From: Balanoglossus misakiensis
Lineage: Eukaryota > Animalia > Hemichordata
NCBI GenBank assembly: GCA_040954595.2
Contig: CM082586.2
Location: 711,123-775,122 of the forward strand
Direction: 5' to 3'
DNA: 64,000 nucleotides
Part shown: one piece after another, positions 55,449 to 64,000 of the stretch
How the letters are laid out: each line of letters starts with the position of its first letter
How positions within the stretch are numbered: position 1 is the stretch's first letter
The notes under the pieces: generated by a model
What the model was told of the DNA's origin: nothing
Database searches by the model: none
Seen by the model: the letters and a program-made list of their open reading frames with translations, nothing else
Made by a program: the position numbers and the translations under genes

Positions 55449-56472
55449 CAGTTCAACCGCGCATTGCAAGAACTCATCTGTTTCGAACTGTTACTAAAAT
55501 GCAAGTAATTTTGTGTGCATCGTCGCATACAATACTTGAAACCTTACAAGATGTTTTCTTATCAAGGTTTCCTTCACACAGACTGACTTTCCAACTTTCT
55601 TCTTCCGAGCTGCGTATGATTGCTGCTAATCACTTCGGAATCATACATTGTATATGATTCGAGCTGAGCTCGTTAAAAAAAGATATAAATAAGGTTTCTT
55701 AAAATTAACATCAGTAACTTGAGATTTTTCAAAATTCTCCGAACACGCTCCAAAGGTGTTAATGAACACTGTTATTGTATTTACTTACTTGCGCTATTAT
55801 CACTGAATGTGTTAATTTGTAAATAACCTTGACTTTTTACCATGCCGTATTTTAATTCGAAAAGAACCTTGACCGATTCTTCCGCGATGCTTCAATTGTC
55901 ACAGCTTTTATCAAAACCTTTGGGAACACAAGATAATACTGTCTTCATCGGCTTTCATGATGAAATTTAATGACATGATAAAATGAGTTGTCAATAAACA
56001 GCGTTTTTTTCGGACAGGGTAGTGATTGTCATGTTGATTGACAACGCGGAATGTTGTCAATCTTGTGTCTATCTCGTCATGATTGATAGTGAAGTTGCAT
56101 TGAATACTAGTATACATGTACATGTGTTATGTGTGTGAGACATCTAGCGCGAATTGTAACCCCCCTCCCACTTGTGATTGCCCTTCCCTTAATTTGGCTT
56201 ATGCCCTTTGTACATGCCACTGTAGCAGTCATTACTAAGTTTACCCATAGATGTTCACACAGGGTTCTACCAGCACCCGCATAGGGCCTGTCACCGGGGG
56301 GGGGGGGGGTCTTTTGGTTGTGTAATAATATGATCATGACGGAAATGCTTTAAAAGTATATGTGCATGTGAAACCATTGTTTGTTGTCATGACAAGTCAC
56401 ATGAGGTCACGTCATGTGATCAATGTACCCGGTCAAAGAACTGATAAGTGATGAGACAGCAAAATCGCAACA

Positions 56473-59400
56473 ATGGAAGACACTAAAAGTCTCGAGAAAG
56501 AACCATTGCTGGACAGATCCAAGGTAACCCCTGATAGTCTATTGCAATGTCAAGTTTACGACGACTTGCTACACTGTCCTACTTCAGAATTTAAGGCTTA
56601 CAGGTATTTTTATCAATGACTAGTTGAGTTGCCATATCGGCTGACAGTTTGTCGCGGAAGTGCTACGTGATGGTACTTCTAAGCGTCCACATATTGGAAC
56701 CTTTTCATAAATTATAGACATTTATGTAAATTATTTATCTGTACAAACGTATAATTATCACTCAGGTTGTACATGGTTTAATGTGTTATGAGTGACGCAG
56801 CTGAGTGGACATATCATGCGCATACCGAGTAAACGTGAACAACACCCTTTGTCCTAAGCCACGTGAAAGGTCATTTGCGTCCTGCGGTTGCCTGTAACAG
56901 AATTTAGGGAGTGTCCAGATTTTACTTCAAGGGGGGGGGGGGGGGGGGCGGAGAATTTTCCAATTTTGGTGTAATATTTTATGGCCCCCTTAGACTTTTC
57001 CCCATTGGCCCTTGTGTATAAATAAATCTGTAAACGATCTATTTCAGGAAGATGAAGCGAAAGATGACGTCATAGTGCTGGAATCGCAACATGGGAGTTT
57101 CAAGTACAGAATTAGCATGATACTGTCATGTATAGGCTGCATGGTCGGCACTGGCAATATCTGGAGATTTCCACGAATAGCAGCAAACAATGCTGGCGAT
57201 GATGGTAAGTAAGAATGCGATCGTCTTATGCGCAATTTCGTGTGTACAAACATTCTACGTCCAATTCAAATGTTCTGCACGTTTAACGTTAGATGCTTTA
57301 ATCGTATTGTATTTTTTACCTGCAGGGGCTTTGCAATTCTTATTGGTGTGGGTCATGTTTTTATTCCTCTGGTCAATACCGATGATCCTTATAGAGTACG
57401 CCATTGGAAGATTTGTGAAGAAAACACATGTGCCTATTTACAGGGATCTTATTGGACCCAAAAGCATGTGGTGTGGTGGATGGATAGTTATCGTTGATCT
57501 TGGAATCACGTAAGCATTACTATTAAATTGAACTGTGCATGTTGCATTGGTTCTATTTCAGATGTTGTCGACCAAATTTCTTTTTTTATATGCTAATAAC
57601 TATCGCATGCGCACTTGGGTGGCCAACCGAAGCCAACTTGTCAGCTCAATCCACGTGATCGAATACGTCATGAAAGATGTGTCAAAGCCAGCTGTCATTA
57701 TCCAATCGATCGATAAGTGTGCGTGTCAGAGACAATAGAATAAAAAAGGAGAACGCGTATGAATTGACTAATTATTCACAGGCGAGAAATCCAGCTGTAA
57801 TCTTCTGCCAAGTCGCGTACTTATACAACCTATCTTACCTCCACAGATGTTATTATACAGTCGTCTTGGGCTGGTGTTTTTATTATCTCTACTACACGGC
57901 TGCATATCCTCTGCCTGAAGACGAAGATACTAGTCAACAAATATTTGACGAATTTGCCAAGGTGTTTATTACACTCAGATTATTCTATGGTCCAAGTCAA
58001 CGTGTTCTATATTTTGATATTTTACAGGCACTGGACGAATTCATTTATTATTTCATTCAATAGGCGGGTGTTGTAAATAATATGCATACCAATCACGGTG
58101 CTTATTGTTACAAATTTTGCATTTTACTATTTCAGGAAAGTAACGTTCCCTTGGCAACACACGCGGTCGCCATAATCCTTGCGGGAATCACAGTATTATG
58201 GGGCGTGAAAAGCATAGAGATGTTCAACACTGTTGTAGTACCAATATTTCTCGCGATTATCCTGGCGACTTTTATTTGGTCCTGTACACTTCCTTATGCA
58301 GCAGACGGCATCAAGTTTCTGTTCACCCCGGATTGGAGTAAGTAATACGTGTATTCGTAAATTCAACTTCTAATCTAAAATAGCCAAAATCCAATCTTTA
58401 TTTATACGTAAATTTTACTGAATTATCACACTGATTCTTGTTTCATGGTACATCGTTTAACTGTAGCAAGGAACATTTGTTCTTAATTTTCATTGTTCGT
58501 AAAGCTCCACGTTTCACCAATACCATTTCATTGGTTCATTATTCAAGAATTCACCTTGCAACCAATTTGTTACATGCACATACGAAACCAACGCTCCATA
58601 CCGAAGATTGTTAGGTGGCATGTCGTAATGTAATTTCAGATGGCTTGGGTAATTCCAAGTTATGGATAGATGCTGCCAGTCAGAATGCGTGGGATACTGG
58701 AGCAGGGGCTGGTCTCTTTGTAGCCTATTCTGCCTATATGACAAGGAGACACGGGATTCTTAAAATGGCAACGGGCATCCCGCTGATAAACAACGTAGTC
58801 AGGTAAACATGGTCTGTTTCAACTAAAATAAACACTGTTTATTCTTAGACTCACGCTAACATTTTCATTTCATTAATTCTCTGTTGCTATGACATCTAAC
58901 ATGCGCTGTGGTTTAATCTTAAAGGTAATAAGCTAAATCCGAATTAGAATTGGTCATTTCAAGTTCATTGTTGTTGTATTGTCATCATACATTTCGAAAT
59001 TCAAACGGATCGTTGAACCAAATTTTATACACAAATTGTCGCAGAAATGATCAAATGAAGAATTCGACTTTCAGGTGAATTAGGCAATGCTCAATTGTGG
59101 GTGGATGCAGCCTCGCAGAATGCATGGGACACAGGGGCTGGTTTGGGTGTCTTTGTTGCCTACTCAGGCTACATGACTGCACGTAATGGAATCGTTCGAT
59201 TCAGTTTTGTCATTCCTATCTGCAACAACATTGTCAGGTAAAACATTTTTCCTCCATGATTACGTTCATAAAAATTAAAAGTTGGCCGACTAACAGTAGT
59301 ATCTTGCAACTATACTAACGCATATTACTAACAATGATAATTCTCCTTGTACAGAACATGTAACAGACATTTCATTAATTATTTATTTTTAGAATGTAAT

Positions 59401-60920
59401 ACTATACTTCTGTTTATAAAAAAAATCACGATGTAAACATAGAGTCCAGATTAACTCATGATGTCTTTAATATATTTTTGCGTCTACAGCTTGGTATGTG
59501 GTATGATGACTTTTGCTACCGTTTTCTCAGTGCAAACACAAGCAAACGCCACCAAAGAAGAAATAGTGCATCTTTTACGGGACAGTGGAGAGGCAAACAC
59601 TGGACTGACGTTTGTGTGGTAAGAAACATGGATAACTCTGGTCTTTTGACAAATAGAATCCTTTCAGAGTGTGATAATGGTTATTGTAGTGTATTTTCTT
59701 TAACTGTAATCTACATGTGCTTACTTTCAAGGCTGCCAATCCTTTATTCCACGATGGACGCTGGAAGGGTCTTGGCGGTGTTATTTTTTCTGGCGTTGTC
59801 GTTCGCTGGTCTGAGTTCTCTTGTAGCCAATGTGGAACTCATCGCAAAATCATTAGTAGACTTTGGTGGTAAGTACAATAATACTAATACATTTGATGCG
59901 ATTATATGTAAAGTCATCATTTCGTTTGTGTGCGTATTAGTAAAGAGTTGGGTTGGCTAAACTATTTTTTTTCCTTCAACAGTGAACAGGAAAGTTAGCG
60001 TTCTTCTGGTTGTGATATTCGTCTTCGGGTTCGGATCCATATCAGCGCTCGACATGACTTTCCTCATCAATCAGGTAATTTTGATTTCTCCACTTATAAA
60101 CATCAACAAACATCCAGCCAAGATTTACAAAAGTTTACTTTACATCAGTGACAGCCAAGATTAATTTTCTGTTTCCTTTGCCTGCAGGACTTCGTATGGA
60201 GCTTTGCTCTCATGATCTCAGGCGCAATGCTTCAGTACTTGGTTATCCGCTACGGTACAACTCTCTTCCGAGCCAGGTTGATTAATGAATACAGTGAGGA
60301 CGATTGGTACCTTCCAAAAATGTGGGAATGGCTTGTGAAGTATGTACAAACGTCTAAATTTATTACATGCTTTTGAAAATAATATTTTAAAAACAATACT
60401 ATTTGTAGAGTTTTTGTTGCTATTTATAATTTATATTTCCTGTAAATTACTCGTAGGTTCTTGTTTATTCATTGTGTGTAATGATTTCCGTAGCTGATCA
60501 TTCACGTCGATTTTGCAGGTACATAGCACCATTTGAGGCCATCGGTCTTCTTGTATGGTTTTCTGTCAATCAAATCACAACCAACCCTGACGATTGGTAC
60601 AAGATGGGTGAAACCACTCTAATGTCGTGTCTAGTACAGGTAGGTTTTCTTTTCTGTCATTTTCATAACACGAAAACCTGAAATATCAACTTCAACCACA
60701 AAAAAGATTATAACACCGAAATATGCTTTATGAAGGCATTGATGAGGTGATGGGTAATCTTCTTTGTCGACAGTGGCTTGGAGTGATGTTGGTCTTGATT
60801 GTCATCAACTTGATCTTTGTCTATTGCTACTTACGACGTTCACCCTCTTATCAAGTATCACAATCTCCACCAAAGACAGAACAGCAACGAGAATGTATAA
60901 AGAATGATCAGTTCAATTGA
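56473..60920 (+). CDS. SLC6/NSS sodium-dependent transporter, prokaryote-like subfamily
   Basis: Exons 56473-56523, 57048-57204 (GCMVGTGNIWRFP), 57326-57509, 57847-57961, 58136-58337, alternative 58640-58802 or 59075-59237, 59490-59618 (TGLTF), 59732-59868 (LSFAGLSS), then four more to 60920. Confidence 0.92.
58640..58802 (+). CDS. SLC6 alternative TM6-TM7 exon A
   Basis: 163 nt, phase 1 to 2: GLGNSKLWIDAASQNAWDTGAGAGLFVAYSAYMTRRHGILKMATGIPLINNVV. Confidence 0.88.
59075..59237 (+). CDS. SLC6 alternative TM6-TM7 exon B
   Basis: 163 nt, phase 1 to 2: ELGNAQLWVDAASQNAWDTGAGLGVFVAYSGYMTARNGIVRFSFVIPICNNIV. Confidence 0.85.
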
Positions 60921-61619
60921 TTGCAACATTGGAGGATTGCAAATGGCGTCTTCAGGTTTTCGTCGCTTCTCGGACTTAAACGGTTTCGTGTTTGTTTGTT
61001 GGTTGGTTTGTTGGCATAACTTTGTTCGCCATCTTTGTACAAAGAAAGAAAATTTACGTAGAGCAATAGTGATAACGCACACCCTTATAACATTTACAAC
61101 TTTTTGATTTGGATTACACATATTATTATAAGCGTTGGTGGCACCTATACTTCAAGTTTCAAATCGCATGTAAAACATACTTATTCATGATAACCATAAC
61201 AAATGTAGAAACAAAAAGACAAAGCAGTGAATTTATTCTCGTGAAGTTTTATTAGAATTTCCCATGTAATTTCATCAGAAGCATTTCGTATTGTCGTGTG
61301 ATAGCTGTGTGTATATCGAACCCACAGAAGTCATTGTCAATGACCTAGTTCCCACTGGTTTCTAAGAAATGATATTCCTGGAGGTATGACGTGCACGTAC
61401 ATTATAGAACATTGTACTTGTAAGTTGTAGTCAGTTAATGAAATCAATTTAATATATTCAAGAAATACTTTTGAACATAAAAAATAATAACGACATGGCT
61501 GCCTGGTCAACATATCGGATCATATCATATTATAAATTGGTAATAACTGACGTGCACTTGAAAATCTTAGCATAATGTCATCGTACCACGCTTGTATTAG
61601 ATCGGTGCAGGCATGTCTG

Positions 61620-61652
61620 AGTAAAAGACGGACGGACAAACGGACGGACAGA
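61620..61652. repeat. (GACG)n-like microsatellite, possibly the core of a short interspersed repeat
   Basis: gacggacggacaaacggacggacag. Confidence 0.5.
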
Positions 61653-62442
61653 GCGAAGGAACCCAATCCATACATTTTCATTGAAAGGCGTGTACATAAA
61701 ACTTATGTTATCTACTGGTACGTAAATATCATGGACCAGGACGGATAATGTTGAACACGAAAATGTCCTCTTATTCAAATAGATTCTTCCTTTGGATTTC
61801 TAGAAACGTCAAATGCGTCTTACATATGTGCTGGTAACCGGATATCCTTAATTAAGAATTAGGAAAGTCAAAAACGTATCAGCCCAAATATTACCAGAAA
61901 ATGTGGACGTACACAAAATTCACCAAATTAAAGGCTGCCGGCAAGAGCAAGCCCAAGTCAAGATATATAGTGCATAGATTTGTTTGAAATAACGACAATA
62001 ATGATGATAATAGAATTCATCAATAGAATTGCACAGACGCCATATACATATCAAGACTTTCTAATATCGAATTTTCTTCACGGTTTGAAATTTGCTCCAC
62101 AGAAATAAATAAATTTGCAACAAACTCCCAGTAAATAGTAAATGATGTACATTTGCTAAAATGCAATAAAAGGGTACAGTATTATTTATACTAATCCCGT
62201 GATAAAAACATCTTTAAGTTTAAATGGATATTCTATAAAATAGTTGACAGTGGTCATACATTTGATTAGTAAATATCCTTATTGACTGCGAACTCTCTCT
62301 CTCTCTTCATCCGATACAGCGAATTCAATGTAATCTTTCTGTCTTTATCAAACTAAGCTATGTCATAAAATAAGTCAGCCTACACAAAAAATGGCAGTTC
62401 CAGAATATTTTCACTGAAAACCTGCTGAATAAGTTATGCTTA

Positions 62443-64000
62443 CTATGTGATAACGCCTGGTATACTATCAGTTGGGTCTTCTCGTCCAACCAGATAAAAG
62501 GTCAAAAGTTCACCTTTACCTTTGACTTTCACCAATCCTCTTTTCTCGAATTTATATCCAAAGGGTTTGAGAATTTTCATTGCTTCTTCGACAACCTGAA
62601 AAATGTGTAAAAACAAGGTCAGTTTTAATATTTTAGTCACTTTTCCACTGTTCATAGGCAGATGAGTTATGCAGTTGTAACGAACGTAACGGATAACGTA
62701 TGTCGCTGGTGGCGCCCCTATGCACAGGTGGGATATCATGACGTAATTCTAGGAATGCCCTTCCATTGTGGCCCTTCACACGTGCACATGAGACCCACGC
62801 CCGACTGGAATCTCAAGAACCAGCAGAGGTAGTCCGGAAACCCTACAAGTACTGTGTTATATCAAGGTTAGTAGCCGGTAATTACTACGCCAGTCTGTAC
62901 ACCATGTCAGTATTTACTCCCTTACCTGAATGTGGCCAGCTTTTCCCGTACTTTCCATACGGCTCGCAACATTCACCGTGTTTCCCCAGATATCATAATG
63001 CGGTTTTCTTGCCCCGATAACGCCAGCCAGAACAGGTCCGTGGTTTAGCCCTGCAATGTAGAGGTCAGGATGCGCGAATCAAGGAAATGTCAATTCTCAC
63101 GTAAGGCGCTTAGTGACTTAATTATTCGCTGCAAAGGACATGAGCAAAGATGTAGGCTTATTGATTAGCACATTCAGCGCAGAATTCTCCACTTTCACTT
63201 ACCGATTCTAAGAATGAAATTGTTGAAGGATTGTTGGTTGATTTTGTCCAGAGATTCCCTGAGGGCGAGCGAGAATTCCACCAGATCAGACAAATGAGAC
63301 CATCGTTTTCTAATGTCAGATGATTTGAGATGTTCAAAGTCTGTAGACATTCCTGAAGCTGCCATATAGGTACTGGATATTGTCTTGATTTTGGTGATTG
63401 TTTTGAAACGAGGTTCATTCAGGAGCTGTAATGTAATGTAATATAATATAATATATGAGGGATAGATATAGACTGAGACAGACAGACCGTCTCATACTTC
63501 TCCAAATGAAATAACCACTTAACACAAAACGCTTGATTTGTACCTACCCCGTCAAAATCAGAAATGACTTCGTTAAGGAACCTCAGACACTCGACGCCCT
63601 GATTATTGATTAAGTCTTCAGTATAGAACTCAGAAAAATTGGGTATGGACGCAAAAATGACGCCAACTTCATCATAAGAATGGCTGTATAACTCCTGCAG
63701 GATCAGAATCCAAATACAGTAATTATTTTTCAAATTTATTTTAAATGTGAAGAAAGAGTGATCTCAGAAAGAGGGATAATTACCATGGCAACTTAAAACA
63801 GTTTTCAAAGCAAAATAAACAAATGCAGCAGTAAATATACGATTTGAACGTTGGTGACGCTCTAAAGTCTCTTATAGACATACCTCGTCTTTCCTTTTCG
63901 TACCCAAGAAATGCTTTGCGACATGGCCTGGTAATATATTCATTATTAATGCCTCATTTTTTCTTCTCAATTCGTAAACCTCGTCTTTCTGATTCTTAGC
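62443..64000 (-). CDS. ADCY3: Adenylate cyclase type 3-like, C2 catalytic domain (3' part)
   Basis: Exons 64000-63884 ([13 protein letters not shown]), 63694-63548 ([14 protein letters not shown]), 63425-63203 ([20 protein letters not shown]), 63050-62926 ([24 protein letters not shown]), 62595-62443 ([12 protein letters not shown]). Confidence 0.92.

Noticed and set aside
56295-57040. Poly-G tracts (56295-56309, 56931-56948) as G-quadruplex elements or a decayed MITE
   Set aside because: Simple homopolymers; terminal repeats are too degenerate to support an element call.
63365-63405. ADCY3 KIKTISST instead of KIKTIGST
   Set aside because: The substrate-selecting Lys and Asp and the NVASR motif are intact; a single substitution cannot be interpreted from sequence alone.

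Overview
Gene-dense eukaryotic (metazoan) DNA with short GT-AG introns; gene content suggests an invertebrate deuterostome such as a hemichordate or echinoderm (inference). Order: SF1/BBP (5' part outside the window), an unannotated spliced 112-aa orphan gene, two paralogous C2H2 zinc-finger genes, ATP5IF1 (last exon not found), Smoothened, Bystin, MSH6, WDR48 (all +), Rab20-like (-), an L1/Tx1 LINE fragment, an intronless GPR21/52-like GPCR, a bacterial-type SLC6/NSS transporter (+) and the 3' end of ADCY3 (-). The strongest observations are two independent pairs of tandem, equal-length, frame-incompatible duplicated exons that look mutually exclusive and fall on specificity-determining segments. 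One pair encodes the KH-end/QUA2 branch-point-reading helix of SF1 and is flanked by long introns rich in SF1/STAR-type (T)ACTAA motifs. The other encodes TM6-TM7 of the SLC6 transporter and differs (Ala vs Leu) at the position aligning to the LeuT F259 substrate-pocket residue. All exon models were read by eye and have no transcript support.
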